44,421 nt of DNA from Verrucomicrobiales bacterium (GTDB taxonomy: Bacteria > Verrucomicrobiota > Verrucomicrobiia > Limisphaerales > UBA9464). Position numbers and translations under genes: made by a program. Shown here piece after piece: positions 10,401 to 21,796 of the stretch. The notes below the pieces were generated by a model, which saw nothing but the letters and a program-made list of their open reading frames with translations, ran no database searches and was not told the DNA's origin. The stretch's first letter is position 1. Each line of letters opens with the position of its first letter. The stretch covers positions 1 to 44,421 of the forward strand of contig SYEM01000213.1 of assembly GCA_005801385.1 (NCBI GenBank), given 5' to 3'.

Positions 10401-10562
10401 CTTGGCCTTCCGGGCCTTGTCGTCGGGCCCGTGACAGAAGAAGCAGCGATCCGAGAGGAGTGGCCGGACCTCGAAGTTGAAGTCGACCCGTTCCCCGGCT
10501 GCCGCGGTCCAGACGAGCGCGGCGCCGAGGGGCAGGATCCAGCCGATTCGCGAAGGGATCAT
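7440..10562 (-). CDS. DUF1549/DUF1553 planctomycete-type cytochrome c protein (PSCyt1/PSD1) with inserted LamG-like domain
   Basis: VDFNFEVRPLLSDRCFFCHGPD, HWAF, WLDLARFADT, CSRCHDHKYDPI, NPLTSRVAVNRVW, YRRSLY, STPLQSL; central LamG-like beta region. Signal peptide starts at ATG 10562; 4-nt overlap with the DUF1501 gene. Confidence 0.93.
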   Translation of the reverse strand: MIPSRIGWILPLGAALVWTAAAGERVDFNFEVRPLLSDRCFFCHGPDDKARKAKLRLDQREGLFQPRKDGTWIIKPGDPAGSELMKRVLTTDPDDIMPPPDSHLELSPAEKGVLRRWIEQGAEWGDHWAFRPLNRSTPPKAPQGVRVVNPIDQFVTARLAAAGLEPSPPADPARLFRRIRLDLTGLPPTPEELEAFVRDPSPAAYEQAIDRLLASPAYGERRANEWLDLARFADTYGYQTDADRDLSPWRDWVIKAFNDNLPYDQFITWQLAGDLLPAATDEQILATAFNRLHRQTNEGGSIEEEFRHEYVADRVHTMGTAFLGLTLECSRCHDHKYDPISQRDYYSLAAFFNNIDESGLYSHFTAATPTPTLLRWEGDAKARHAELQRQVAQAEERLAVVIQEARTRFAATSSQPALPTPVAHYTLDAIVDNRTPDRMSTNAASLSEGPEISPGKWGQAFRFSGDNSVTVPVAGQFKRTQPFSFDLWLRPTEQRDRAVILHYSQAWTDSGSRGYELVLDHGRPFFALIHFWPGNALAVRAKDPLPLNDWSEITVTYDGSSRAAGVRLYRNGLPLETEVVRDRLTRDIQHRGAWGDSGEGSIRLSLAARFRDRGFRNGEIDELQVFNTCLTPGEVKTLAGYSADGDLEDAFQAYLARKDVAYQEAFAAVQKLRDAENDLVGTAREIMVMTEMPGRRPTFVLKRGAYDSPADPVGPNAPERILPFPSDLPRNRLGFARWVTDPRNPLTSRVAVNRVWKQHFGRGLVGTLNDFGAQGQLPDNPQLLDWLAGEFIRSGWDLKALHKLMVQSATYQQSSEGTPESVAKDPENRLLSRGPKHRLGAEQIRDQALAVSGLLSPEIGGRSVKPYQPPGVWEEAGTGKSYSQDHGEKLYRRSLYTFWRRTAPPPSMLSFDAVTREVCTANREVTSTPLQSLVLLNDTQFLEAARVLAESLWRDPVADGRIERAFQRVLGRVPKPSETRILRQLFEEQRAYFSQKPEEAAQLLKTGEKPVDPSLPPVDLAAATLVVSTLMNHDEFVMKR

Positions 10563-10782
10563 GGTGAAACTGTAGAGACGGAGAGGCGGCATGTCCGCCG
10601 GAAACACGGGATCGACGGTCGGAGGCGGAGGACTCTTCACCCCGGAAGCCGTGGCACCTCACCTCGATCGGGAGTCGACAGGAGATCAGACCGGAGCACC
10701 ACCCCGTTCCTCCGCCTGCCCGAGAGCCGGGTGGTCGAGCTAGGGATGCGGATGAAATTCTGAATCCAGGGGATGTCGCCGA

Positions 10783-11568
<786 letters not shown>

Positions 11569-11623
11569 GGAATTCCAGGATCCGATCCTGACCATAGCCA
11601 ATCGGCACCGGGCAACGCCACCC

Positions 11624-12283
11624 CTATCCTTCCCGGTTCAACCCGATGAGAAGCGCGCCAAGGGCCTGTGCGCGATGGCTGATCCGGTTCTTCACCGACG
11701 CACCCAGTTCCGCGAGCGAACGCGTCTCGCCCTTCGGGACAAACAGCGGGTCGTATCCAAATCCCCCGGCGCCGGCGGGCTGGGACTGGATCCGGCCCTC
11801 GCAGACCCCGTCATACGATCGGACATCCCGCCCATAGACCCCGTCTGGGATCCCGGGGCGGACAGGAACCAACACCAGCACGCATCTGAACCGGGCAGTC
11901 CATCGTTCGACCGGGAATCGGGCCAGTTCCTCGAGAAGGCGGGTGTTGTTCTCGGCGTCGGGTGCATTGCCGGACCGGCCAGTTCCGAGATAGGCAAAGC
12001 GGGCCGAGTGCACCCCCGGTGCGCCGCCCAGGACGTCCACCTCCAGACCCGAGTCATCGGCCAACACCCAATCCGGCCAGGATTGGCCCGAGCCTGACGA
12101 GAGATGTCGGGCCCAGGCGAGGGCCTTGATCGAGGCATTCTCGGCAAAGGTCGCACCCGTCTCCTCCGGGTCCAAACGGACGCCGACATCCTTCTGGGAG
12201 ACCACACGGAATCGCTTCCCGAGAACCGATCGGATTTCCTCGACCTTGTGGGCGTTGCCGGTGGCAACAAGCAGCGTCTGCAT
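11624..12283 (-). CDS. rdgB: Non-canonical purine NTP (dITP/XTP) pyrophosphatase
   Basis: [57 protein letters not shown]; start re-assigned to ATG 12283. Confidence 0.95.
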   Translation of the reverse strand: MQTLLVATGNAHKVEEIRSVLGKRFRVVSQKDVGVRLDPEETGATFAENASIKALAWARHLSSGSGQSWPDWVLADDSGLEVDVLGGAPGVHSARFAYLGTGRSGNAPDAENNTRLLEELARFPVERWTARFRCVLVLVPVRPGIPDGVYGRDVRSYDGVCEGRIQSQPAGAGGFGYDPLFVPKGETRSLAELGASVKNRISHRAQALGALLIGLNREG

Positions 12284-12407
12284 GCCTCGGAGGCTACCAT
12301 AAGGCCGTCGATGCCGGAGTCGGATTTCCCGGACTCGAAGTCCCGCGCAGTTTGAACTTGGGACTTTTTCCGGTGTCCTTCCCCCACAATACTTCCGATC
12401 TGACATC

Positions 12408-13394
<987 letters not shown>

Positions 13395-13480
13395 ACGCAC
13401 CGGCAGACCCGACCGGGACAACACTCCGGCCATCCGGCCCTCGAGGTTTCCGGTCTCGTCGTGGATGGAACCGAACCGAC

Positions 13481-14437
13481 ATGATCCCCAAGGAACTGCT
13501 CAAGAAGATCCGCCTGCTGGAGCTGCGGACGCGACGCCTGGTCGATGAGACCATGGCCGGGCAGTACCATTCGGCGTTCCGCGGACAAGGGATGGATTTC
13601 GACGAGGTGCGGGAATACCAGCCGGGCGACGAGGTCCGGGCGATCGACTGGAACGTCACAGCGCGGATGAACCATCCGTTCGTGAAGAAGTTCCGGGAGG
13701 AACGGGAGCTCACGGTGCTGCTCATGGTGGACCTGAGCGCCTCGGGACTCTTCGGTTCCGTCGACCAATCGAAGCGTGAGCTCGCGGCCGAGATCGCCTG
13801 CGTCCTGGCCTTCTCGGCGATCCGCAACCAGGACCGTGTCGGCCTCCTGCTGTTCACCGAAGTCGTGGAGAAATTCATCCCACCCCGCAAGGGACGCCGG
13901 CACGTGCTCCGGGTGATCCGCGACATCCTCTTCCACAAGCCCCAGTACCGGGGCACCTCCGTCAACGGGGCCCTGCAGTTCGCCAATCGGATCCTACCCC
14001 ATCGGGCCGTGGTGCTGGTGCTGTCGGACTTTCTGGGCGAGACGAACCCAAGCCGGGCCGAAATCGCAGCCCATCTGCGGCGTCGGGTGGTCCGTTCCGA
14101 AAGCCTCGGGCGTGTTTCAGCAACCTCGCTGCGACAGGTCAGCCGGAAGCACGACCTCGTGGCGATCCAGATTGTTGACCCCTTCGAGGAGCAACTTCCA
14201 GGTCTCGGTCGTCTGGTGCTGCAGGACGCCGAGACCGGGGAGGTCGTGGAAGTGAACACCGCGGACCAGCGGCGCCGCGATGCATTCGCACAGCGGCAAG
14301 AGAAGACCCGGCGCGAGCTCGACCGACTGTTCCGACAGGCCAAGGTCGATGCCATTCGGGTCCGGACCGACGCCCCCTACGACCGGGCCCTCCAACAGTT
14401 CTTCGACACCCGGGACAAACGACGCCGTCGCGGATGA
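13481..14437 (+). CDS. DUF58 domain protein (MoxR-associated)
   Basis: GMDFDEVREYQPGDEVRAIDWNVTAR, VKKFREERE, DLSAS. Confidence 0.94.
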   Translation: MIPKELLKKIRLLELRTRRLVDETMAGQYHSAFRGQGMDFDEVREYQPGDEVRAIDWNVTARMNHPFVKKFREERELTVLLMVDLSASGLFGSVDQSKRELAAEIACVLAFSAIRNQDRVGLLLFTEVVEKFIPPRKGRRHVLRVIRDILFHKPQYRGTSVNGALQFANRILPHRAVVLVLSDFLGETNPSRAEIAAHLRRRVVRSESLGRVSATSLRQVSRKHDLVAIQIVDPFEEQLPGLGRLVLQDAETGEVVEVNTADQRRRDAFAQRQEKTRRELDRLFRQAKVDAIRVRTDAPYDRALQQFFDTRDKRRRRG

Positions 14438-15150
14438 TGCCCCTCCCCTCCATGCGCGTGCCTGACGGTGTCGGCCTGGGATCCTGGATTCCCCGGATCG
14501 CGTTGTTGGCGGGGCTGGTGGCACACACCCTCGTCGAGGCAGCCACGAATTCCCTTCGCAGCCCGGTGGCGATGCCAGGGGCCACGCCTGCGGCCGCGCC
14601 GATGTCGGCACCCCAACCGCAGCCCCTCCGGGACATCCGGGGCCCGATCGACATCGAGTCGCCCTGGACCTGGCTCTGGGCCGCGCTGGCACTCGCAGCG
14701 GTCACGGCGGGTATCGTGCTGGCCTGGCGCTGGTGGCGGCGGAAGCAGGAGTCGGGCGGGACCGGGACCCCGGCGCTGTCGCCCGAGGAGGCGGCACGCC
14801 GACGTCTCCAGGCCGCGCTGGACTGGATCGACGATCCGGAACGGTTTGCGGTCGAGGTCTCCGAGGCGGCTCGAAAGTACCTCGAGGACCGGTTCGGCCT
14901 CCGTGCGCCGGAGCGCACGACCGAGGAGTTTCTCGCGGAACTGTCCGGGAGCGTCGCCCTCGATGGCCGCCACAAGGAGCTCCTCGCGGATTTCCTGACC
15001 CGCTGCGACCTCGTGAAGTTCGCCCGCGCGGTCGCAGACCGTTCGGAATTGGAGGCCCTGCACCGGGCCGCGGTGCGCCTCGTGGAGGAGACGGTCCCAT
15101 CGCCCCACGGCCTGACCGCGCCACCACCCATACCCCCGCGCCAGCGATGA
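14434..15150 (+). CDS. Bat-operon membrane protein (DUF4381-like)
   Basis: LRDIRGP motif followed by a TM helix, then RKYLEDRFGLRAPERTTEEFL and DLVKFA; position between DUF58 and batA. Confidence 0.8.
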   Translation: MMPLPSMRVPDGVGLGSWIPRIALLAGLVAHTLVEAATNSLRSPVAMPGATPAAAPMSAPQPQPLRDIRGPIDIESPWTWLWAALALAAVTAGIVLAWRWWRRKQESGGTGTPALSPEEAARRRLQAALDWIDDPERFAVEVSEAARKYLEDRFGLRAPERTTEEFLAELSGSVALDGRHKELLADFLTRCDLVKFARAVADRSELEALHRAAVRLVEETVPSPHGLTAPPPIPPRQR

Positions 15151-16154
15151 ACTTCACCTTCGGATCCCCCTGGTGGCTGCTGGGCCTCCTGTTGATCCCG
15201 CTGCTGGCGTGGCTGCGGGGAAGGACCGGGCCCGAAAGCGCGTTCGTCTACTCCAGCCTGAGCCTCGTGAAGGGGATCACCGAGCTTCGACGCAGCCGGG
15301 CGAGCATGGTGCTGCTCAACCTGCGCTGGATCGCCCTCGCCCTCTTCTTCATCGGCATGGCCCGGCCGCAGGTCGCCGGGGGACAGGCCCCGATCTCCGC
15401 GAGCGGCATCGACATCGCCGTGGCCATGGACATGAGCGGTTCAATGGTCGCCGAGGATTTCGAGCTGCGTGGGGAACGGGTCAACCGCCTGGCCATCGCC
15501 AAGGACACCCTGCGCACATTCGTCGACGAACGGCCGGCCGACCGCATCGGACTGGTCGTTTTCGGCACCGAGGCCTTCGTCGCGGCCCCGCCGACGCTCG
15601 ACCATGACTTCCTCCGCCGGGTCATCGACCGCCTGGAGCTCGGCACCATCAACGGCGAGCAGACGGCGATCGGCTCCGGTCTTGCCACCGCCGTGAACCG
15701 CCTCCGGCAGCTGCAGTCGAAGTCCCGGATCGTCATCCTCCTGACCGATGGACAGAACAACGCCGGCAAGATCCCGCCCGACACTGCAGCCGAGGCGGCG
15801 AAGGCGCTCGGAGTGAAGGTCTACACGATCGGCGTCGGCACCCGCGGTCTCGCCCCGGTCCCTCAGGGTGTGGACGGCTTCGGCCGAAAGCATTACGCCC
15901 GGGTGCCAGTCGACATCGACGAACCCACCCTCCAGAGGATCGCCCAGATGACGGGCGGAAAATACTTCAGGGCGGACAACACGGAGACCCTTCGTCGGAT
16001 CTACTCCGAGATCGACCGTCTGGAGAAGAGCGAGGCCAAGCTCAACAAATACGCCTACGTCGAGGAACTGATGGCGTGGGCGGTGGTCCCGGGACTCGCT
16101 CTGCTGTTCCTCGAGCTGCTCCTCGGCAACACGGTCTGGAGGAAGCTGCCCTAG
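15147..16154 (+). CDS. batA: BatA-type VWA domain protein
   Basis: N-terminal F-x-x-PWWLL BatA membrane domain, ARPQ, MIDAS DMSGS, TAIG, LLTDGQNN, C-terminal TM; ATGA overlap with the upstream gene. Confidence 0.9.
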   Translation: MNFTFGSPWWLLGLLLIPLLAWLRGRTGPESAFVYSSLSLVKGITELRRSRASMVLLNLRWIALALFFIGMARPQVAGGQAPISASGIDIAVAMDMSGSMVAEDFELRGERVNRLAIAKDTLRTFVDERPADRIGLVVFGTEAFVAAPPTLDHDFLRRVIDRLELGTINGEQTAIGSGLATAVNRLRQLQSKSRIVILLTDGQNNAGKIPPDTAAEAAKALGVKVYTIGVGTRGLAPVPQGVDGFGRKHYARVPVDIDEPTLQRIAQMTGGKYFRADNTETLRRIYSEIDRLEKSEAKLNKYAYVEELMAWAVVPGLALLFLELLLGNTVWRKLP

Positions 16155-16172
16155 ACGCCACCCGTCCACCGC

Positions 16173-17243
16173 ATGTCCTTCGCCTCGCAAACCTTCCTGT
16201 GGCTGACGCTGGTCCTCGGTCTGTCCACGGGCGTGTTCCTGGTCTGGTCGTGGCGTCGCAAGCAGCAAGCGGCTGCCCGATTCGTTGGATCCCGCCTCTA
16301 CGCCCAGCTCACTGTCGGGGTCTCCCTACGACTCCAGATCCTGCGGCGCTTCCTCGCGGGACTCGCGGTGGTGGCCGTCCTCCTTGCCTTGGCCCGACCC
16401 CGATGGGGGACGGTCGACGAGGAGACCACGGCGTCCGGACTCGACATCGTGGTGGCCTTCGATGTGTCCCGGTCGATGCTGGCGCTGGACTCCAAGCCCA
16501 ACCGACTCGAGAAGGCCCGGCGCGCGGCGCTGGACCTCGTCGAATCGAGCCAGGCCGATCGGCTCGGCCTGGTCGCCTTCGCCGGCGATGCCTTTCTCCA
16601 GGCACCGCTCACGCTCGATGACGAGGCGTTCCGTCAGAGCGTCCGACTGCTGGACACCGACCTCATCCCGGTCCAGGGCACCGGTCTGGCGGCAGCGCTG
16701 CGCGAGGCGCGTGCGGCCTTCGGCAAGGACAGCACCGGGGCCAAGGCCGTCGTGGTGATCACCGACGGAGAGGACCACGAGCCCGGGGCGATCGATGTCG
16801 CCAAGCAGATGGCCCAGGACGGCATCCGGATCTTCACACTCGGTGTCGGGACCCCCGAGGGCGCCGTGCTGAAGACGAGCGACCCGTATGGGAATTCGGT
16901 GTTCATCAAGGACCAGCAGGGCAACGCAGTGAAGTCCCGCCTCAACGAGGATCTGCTCCGCCAGGTCGCGGACGCCGGTGGAGGATTCTATCTGCCCCTC
17001 CAGAACCGGCAGACGATCCAGAACCTTTACGAACAGGGGCTGGGCCCCCTACCCCGTTCTCTGCTGAAGGCCGGTCGGGCCCGCCAGTGGATCGAACGGT
17101 TCCAGTGGCCTCTCGGACTGGGGATCCTCCTCCTGATGACGGAGATCCTCGTCCCGGAGCATCGCCGGACCGTTGCCCGGACCACCGGCGGTGGCATTCT
17201 AGGACGAAGCGGTCGAACCGCGCCTGTGACGAAACCCACCTGA
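16173..17243 (+). CDS. batB: BatB-type VWA domain protein
   Basis: LARPRWG, MIDAS DVSRS, PNRLEKA, FAGDAFLQAPLT, QGT, ITDGEDHE, ERFQWPL. Confidence 0.9.
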   Translation: MSFASQTFLWLTLVLGLSTGVFLVWSWRRKQQAAARFVGSRLYAQLTVGVSLRLQILRRFLAGLAVVAVLLALARPRWGTVDEETTASGLDIVVAFDVSRSMLALDSKPNRLEKARRAALDLVESSQADRLGLVAFAGDAFLQAPLTLDDEAFRQSVRLLDTDLIPVQGTGLAAALREARAAFGKDSTGAKAVVVITDGEDHEPGAIDVAKQMAQDGIRIFTLGVGTPEGAVLKTSDPYGNSVFIKDQQGNAVKSRLNEDLLRQVADAGGGFYLPLQNRQTIQNLYEQGLGPLPRSLLKAGRARQWIERFQWPLGLGILLLMTEILVPEHRRTVARTTGGGILGRSGRTAPVTKPT

Positions 17244-17250
17244 ACCCGTC

Positions 17251-18246
17251 ATGCGATCCACACGTCTCATCGCATTCGTGCTGTTGGCGGCCCTGGCACC
17301 GGACCCGGCTTCGGGGCAGGCACCGTCGCCGCAGTCGGCCCTCGACGCCTACCGACGCGGGGATTTCCAGCGGTCGGAGGCCCAGTACTCCGAACTGGCC
17401 AGGAAGAGTCCGGAGGATCCGAGGCTCCGCTTCAACACCGGGGCCGCCGCCTATCGCCGGAATGATCTCACGAACGCCGCCAGCTGGTTCGAAGGCGTCA
17501 CCGCGGCGCCCGATCTCAAGCTCCAGCAACAGGCCTACTACAACCTCGGGAACACCCGCTACCGGCTGGGTGAGTCCGCGACCGATCCCGCGGCCCGCAA
17601 AAGCCATTGGTCCCACGCGCTGACCAACTACATGTCAGCCATCAAGCTCGACGGCGCCGACACCAACGCCTCGATCAACTACTCATTCGTCCGACAACAG
17701 CTCGAGCAGCTCGAACGACAGCAGCCCCCACCACAGTCGTCGCAGTCGAAGGACAACAAGGACAAGAAACAGCAGAAGCAGGAACAGCAGGATTCCGAGG
17801 CTTCCCAGGACCAAAAAGATCAAGGGAAACAGGAACAGCAGCAGGACAACTCCGGATCCCAACAACAACAGCAGCAGCAACAGGGTTCCCAGAGCTCCCA
17901 GCAACCCGACAACGGGTCGAACCAGAACAGCGAGGCCCAGGAGAAGGAGGGTGCGGATCCTGAGGATTCGAAGGGGCAGGCCGAAGCTCAGAAGCCGGAC
18001 AAGGACCCCTCGAAGCAGGGGGCTCAGCCTCAAGGACCGAAGCCTGGGGATGGAACGGAGGGCCAGACTGGACAGGCAGTCGAGGCTGGTGAGGCTCAAG
18101 AAGGGGAGGAGGGAACGATGTCGGCATCCCAGGCGGTCCAGATGCTCGAGAGCCAGAAAGGGGAGGAGAAGGCCTTGCTCCTCAGGTCCTACGGCAGCGG
18201 CAAGGAGGCCGCCGAGCGGGCGGCGAGGATCCGGAAGCCATGGTGA
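17251..18246 (+). CDS. batC: BatC-type TPR protein with Gln-rich linker
   Basis: Signal peptide, TPRs (FNTGAAAYR, YYNLGNTRYR), Q/K/E-rich region, MS-x-x-QA-x-x-ML, C-terminal Trp. Confidence 0.85.
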   Translation: MRSTRLIAFVLLAALAPDPASGQAPSPQSALDAYRRGDFQRSEAQYSELARKSPEDPRLRFNTGAAAYRRNDLTNAASWFEGVTAAPDLKLQQQAYYNLGNTRYRLGESATDPAARKSHWSHALTNYMSAIKLDGADTNASINYSFVRQQLEQLERQQPPPQSSQSKDNKDKKQQKQEQQDSEASQDQKDQGKQEQQQDNSGSQQQQQQQQGSQSSQQPDNGSNQNSEAQEKEGADPEDSKGQAEAQKPDKDPSKQGAQPQGPKPGDGTEGQTGQAVEAGEAQEGEEGTMSASQAVQMLESQKGEEKALLLRSYGSGKEAAERAARIRKPW

Positions 18247-20048
18247 CCCTCATCCTCCATCCCCTGCTGGCCCCGTTCCGGCGAATTCTCAGCGAGGCCA
18301 CCCTCCTCGTTCTGGTCCTCTGCGCCGTCGCGGTCCAGACCCGAGCCGAACCATCCTTCCAGGCGGAACTGGCGCCTGATTCGGTCGGGGCGGGGGATTC
18401 CGCCACGCTGCGGCTGGTCTTCACCGACCTCGGGGACGTGGAGGCTCCGACCCTTCCCGCCGTCACCAACGCCACCATCCGCTACCAGGGGGTCTCGCAG
18501 CAGATCTCGATCGTCAACTTCAGCCGGTCGACATCGCTCATCCACCAATACCAGGTCCAGACCCAGAACCCAGGCCTCGTCCAGATCCCGGCACTGTCCG
18601 TCGAGGCTGGGGGCCAGACCTACACCAGCGCGCCACTGACGCTTCGGGTGGGACAGGGGTTCGACATGTCCCGGATCGGGTTCCTGAGGCTGATGGCACC
18701 GCGACCGGAGGTCTATGTCGGCGAGACCTTCCCGGTGGAGATCCGGTTCTACTATCGCGAGACGCCGGCTCGGCAGGCCCCGCCCAGCCTCAAGCTGGAC
18801 GGATTCATCAAGGGCCAGCAGACGGTGGAGAATCTCCCGCCCGAGACGATCACCAACCTCCTGTACTCGGTGGTGCGTTGGAACATCGCCCTCACGGCGG
18901 TGAAGGCCGGTGAACTCAGCCTGGGACCCGCGGAGTTCCAGACCCTCTACGTCTTCCAGACCCAGCGACGGTCCCGGGGGATGAACTCCCTGTTCGAACC
19001 CCTGTTCGGGGGCGGGGAACAGCGTCAGCTGAACTTCCAGAGCGAGCCCCTCACCCTGAAGGTCCTCAATCCGCCCTCCGCCGGGCGACCACCACAGTTC
19101 GCCGGTGCCGTGGGTCAGTTCCAGCTGGACGTCACCGCGTCCCCCACCAACGTTGCCGCCGGGGATCCGGTCACGATCCGGGTCGACATCACCGGCCGGG
19201 GAAACTTCGACGCGCTTCGGCTGCCGGACCTGCCCAGTGGGTCGGGATTCCAACTGTACCCGGGCACCAATTCCTTCACGCCGAATGATCCCCTTGGGCT
19301 TTCCGGGAAGAAGACCTTCGAGGCGGTGATCATCCCGGAGTCTCCCGGAGTCCACAGTCTGAAGTGGCCGATGCTCGCCTACTGGGATCCCTCGACAAAG
19401 GCCTATCGGACGGATGCCGACCATCCGTTGTCCATCCATGTGCGTCCGGGGGTTCAATCGCAGGCTCAACCGGTCGGCACGGTACCGGGACCGGCCGAAC
19501 CCAGGACGCCCCCGGACTCCGTGAACCCACAACTGGAGCTTCCGCTGATCCCCGATCTAGGGCCACTCGTGGAGACATCACCCTCGGTGATCACCCGCCC
19601 CTGGTTCTGGTGGGTTCTCACCTTCCCGGTCTGGGCGTATGGGTTGGCTGGTTTGATCCCGACCTGGAAGCGGCGTTGCCGGGAGAGCCGACAACCCGCG
19701 ACCCGGGACGAGGCAGAGCGACGACTGGCCACGGTGATCCGGTCCATGCGCGATGCGGCGGGCTCCGGACGTCCAGCTGACTTTTTTCTGCATCTCAACA
19801 ACGCACTGCAGGAACGGATCGCCCTTTCGGTCGGGAGACCGGGTGGATCCTTCACGGTGGACGTGATCCAAGAGCGGCTGATCCCAGCCGGACTGGGTGA
19901 TGAGGAGGCCACCCGCCTCCGAGCATTGCTGGAGCGGATCGCCGAAGCCCGGTTCTCCCCTGATTCCTCAGCAGCTGAGCTGTCTGAACTCCTCGCGGAG
20001 GCCGAATTCTCCCTCGAGGCCCTCGGGTGTATGACACGACGCGCATGA
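18240..20048 (+). CDS. batD: BatD family protein
   Basis: Repeated beta-sandwich segments, VYVGE, FAGAVGQF, V-x-x-GDPVT, G-x-GN, YWDP, C-terminal TM. Confidence 0.87.
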   Translation: MVTLILHPLLAPFRRILSEATLLVLVLCAVAVQTRAEPSFQAELAPDSVGAGDSATLRLVFTDLGDVEAPTLPAVTNATIRYQGVSQQISIVNFSRSTSLIHQYQVQTQNPGLVQIPALSVEAGGQTYTSAPLTLRVGQGFDMSRIGFLRLMAPRPEVYVGETFPVEIRFYYRETPARQAPPSLKLDGFIKGQQTVENLPPETITNLLYSVVRWNIALTAVKAGELSLGPAEFQTLYVFQTQRRSRGMNSLFEPLFGGGEQRQLNFQSEPLTLKVLNPPSAGRPPQFAGAVGQFQLDVTASPTNVAAGDPVTIRVDITGRGNFDALRLPDLPSGSGFQLYPGTNSFTPNDPLGLSGKKTFEAVIIPESPGVHSLKWPMLAYWDPSTKAYRTDADHPLSIHVRPGVQSQAQPVGTVPGPAEPRTPPDSVNPQLELPLIPDLGPLVETSPSVITRPWFWWVLTFPVWAYGLAGLIPTWKRRCRESRQPATRDEAERRLATVIRSMRDAAGSGRPADFFLHLNNALQERIALSVGRPGGSFTVDVIQERLIPAGLGDEEATRLRALLERIAEARFSPDSSAAELSELLAEAEFSLEALGCMTRRA

Positions 20049-20824
20049 ACCCCCTGTCACGACGCAAAGGGCTCCGCCTGGGATTCCTTCTGGGACTTCT
20101 CCCATGGGGGCTGCTGGGCGCGACGAACGGTCCAGTTGGAATATCTCCGGAATCCCTGTTCCAACTCGGGAACCGAGAGGTGTCCGCCGGCAACTACACC
20201 AACGGGTTGACCGCCTATGCGAAGGTGGCTGCCGTCCCGAGAACCTCCGCCGCTCTCGAGTACAATTGGGGGGTGGCATGGTCCCGACTGGGTGAGGAAG
20301 GCCGGGCACGGTCCCACTGGCGGCTGGCCGAGCGCCTCACTCCCCGGAACCCACTCGTGCTATCGGCTCTCCGTCGGCCCACGGGTGCGGGTACCACACC
20401 CGTCGAAACCGAGGACCTATTGGGCTGGACCGACCGCCTGACCCTCGACGAGTGGGGAATTTTGGCGCTGGTGCCTACCTGGTGCTGGGGTGGCCTGCTG
20501 TTCCTCCGACGCTGGAAACCTGCGGCCGCGGCGGCGCTACGGGGCTACACCCTCGGCCTTGGACTGATCACCCTGGTTGCGCTTGGAGTCCTGGGGGCGG
20601 CCCTAGCGCGACGAAGCCTCGGACCGGATGCCTTGACGTCGACCCCACAGACCCCGGTTCGGATCAGCCCGCTCGCTGAGGCTCGGACGGCCTTCGAGCT
20701 CCCAGCGGGGACCCCACTGAAGACCCGATCATTCCGCGAAGGTTGGTATCTGGTGGCAGACCCTCGAAACGAACGCGCCGGCTGGGTCCGAGCACACCAC
20801 TTGACCCGCCTGCCACTCCGGTGA
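20045..20824 (+). CDS. batE: BatE-type TPR + TM + SH3-like protein
   Basis: LFQLGN, YNWGVAW...GRA...AERLTPRN TPR, two TMs, C-terminal GW...GWV SH3b-like domain. Confidence 0.8.
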   Translation: MNPLSRRKGLRLGFLLGLLPWGLLGATNGPVGISPESLFQLGNREVSAGNYTNGLTAYAKVAAVPRTSAALEYNWGVAWSRLGEEGRARSHWRLAERLTPRNPLVLSALRRPTGAGTTPVETEDLLGWTDRLTLDEWGILALVPTWCWGGLLFLRRWKPAAAAALRGYTLGLGLITLVALGVLGAALARRSLGPDALTSTPQTPVRISPLAEARTAFELPAGTPLKTRSFREGWYLVADPRNERAGWVRAHHLTRLPLR

Positions 20825-20878
20825 GAGCCGCCGCACCCGGGACTTCCGCGCAGGGTCTGTTTGGCGGAGACTCCTCCC

Positions 20879-21613
20879 ATGTCGGCATATGAGGACTATC
20901 TGGCGACCGTCCAGCGTCAGATCGACGAGGTGACCCGCAGCCAGAGGTCTGCGATCGAGACGACCTCGCGCTGGGTGGCGGAGGCCCTGGTCCGAAAGCG
21001 ATATCTCTTTGTCTTCGGAACCGGCCATTCCCACATGCTCGCCGAGGAACTGTTCTACAGGGCCGGGGGACTCGCGCGGGTCATTCCCATCCTGGACGAA
21101 CCCCTGATGCTCCACCGCTCTGCGACACAATCGACGGATGTGGAGCGACAGACCGGGTATGCAGACCAAATCCTGAGCCGTTACCCGATCGAGGGCGGGG
21201 ATGTCCTGATCGTGGCCTCCAACAGCGGGAGGAACGCCGTCCCGATCGAACTGGCCCAAGGAGCGCGATCCAAAGGCGCGCGGGTCGTAGGCCTGACAAG
21301 TCTCCAGCAGACCAATGCCTGGCCGTCCAGGCACCCGACCGGTTTCAAACTCAAGGATGTCTGCGACCTCGTGATCGACAACGGTTGCATCAACGGCGAC
21401 GCCGGAACCGTCGTCCCAGGGTTGGAGCAAAAAATGGGGCCCACCTCGTCGGTGATCGGAACGCTCATTATGAATCTGATCGCCATCCAATCCGCATATC
21501 TCATTGTGGGTGAGGGAAATGTCGTGGACGTATTCGTCAGCAGCAACACGCAGGGAGATGGACACAACGCACGTCTTGTTGCCGAAATCTCCACCACCAA
21601 CCCTCACCTTTAG
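20879..21613 (+). CDS. SIS-domain sugar isomerase-like protein (UPF0309-like)
   Basis: VFGTGHSHMLAEELFYRAGGL, SNSGRN-x-VPIE, SRHPTG, GPTSS, VFVSSN. Confidence 0.9.
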   Translation: MSAYEDYLATVQRQIDEVTRSQRSAIETTSRWVAEALVRKRYLFVFGTGHSHMLAEELFYRAGGLARVIPILDEPLMLHRSATQSTDVERQTGYADQILSRYPIEGGDVLIVASNSGRNAVPIELAQGARSKGARVVGLTSLQQTNAWPSRHPTGFKLKDVCDLVIDNGCINGDAGTVVPGLEQKMGPTSSVIGTLIMNLIAIQSAYLIVGEGNVVDVFVSSNTQGDGHNARLVAEISTTNPHL

Positions 21614-21720
21614 GCATTTCGCCGGGCCCCGTCTGGCACGGTTCGAACCACTGCATGGCAGCCCTGCCGGACTAGGGAAAAACTCCTAGCCGAGGGCCGA
21701 AGAAGACCCGAAGGAATTGG

Positions 21721-21750
21721 TTGACCGCGTGGCAGTTCCGAGTCTATAAG
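21721..21750 (+). promoter_or_regulatory. Putative sigma70-type promoter
   Basis: TTGACC-N18-TATAAG in an AT-richer intergenic stretch, about 45 nt upstream of the Ala-rich gene. Confidence 0.5.
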
Positions 21751-21796
21751 ACTTCTCAAGAAAGATCTTAGAACCCTGACAAAACAGTTCGTGAAC

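Noticed and set aside
8793-10763. 656-aa antisense ORF and similar long shadow ORFs (e.g. 1664..2881, 12294..13433, 18189..19532, 32274..33599, 39138..40574)
   Set aside because: They overlap well-supported genes on the other strand, have no family motifs, and are expected at high GC.
17160-17330. Frameshift splitting a batB-batC fusion
   Set aside because: batC has its own ATG and signal peptide, and separate batB/batC genes are a normal arrangement.
17690-18110. CAG/CAA-rich tract as a repeat array or contingency locus
   Set aside because: It encodes the Gln-rich linker typical of BatC; codons are mixed, with no pure tandem unit.
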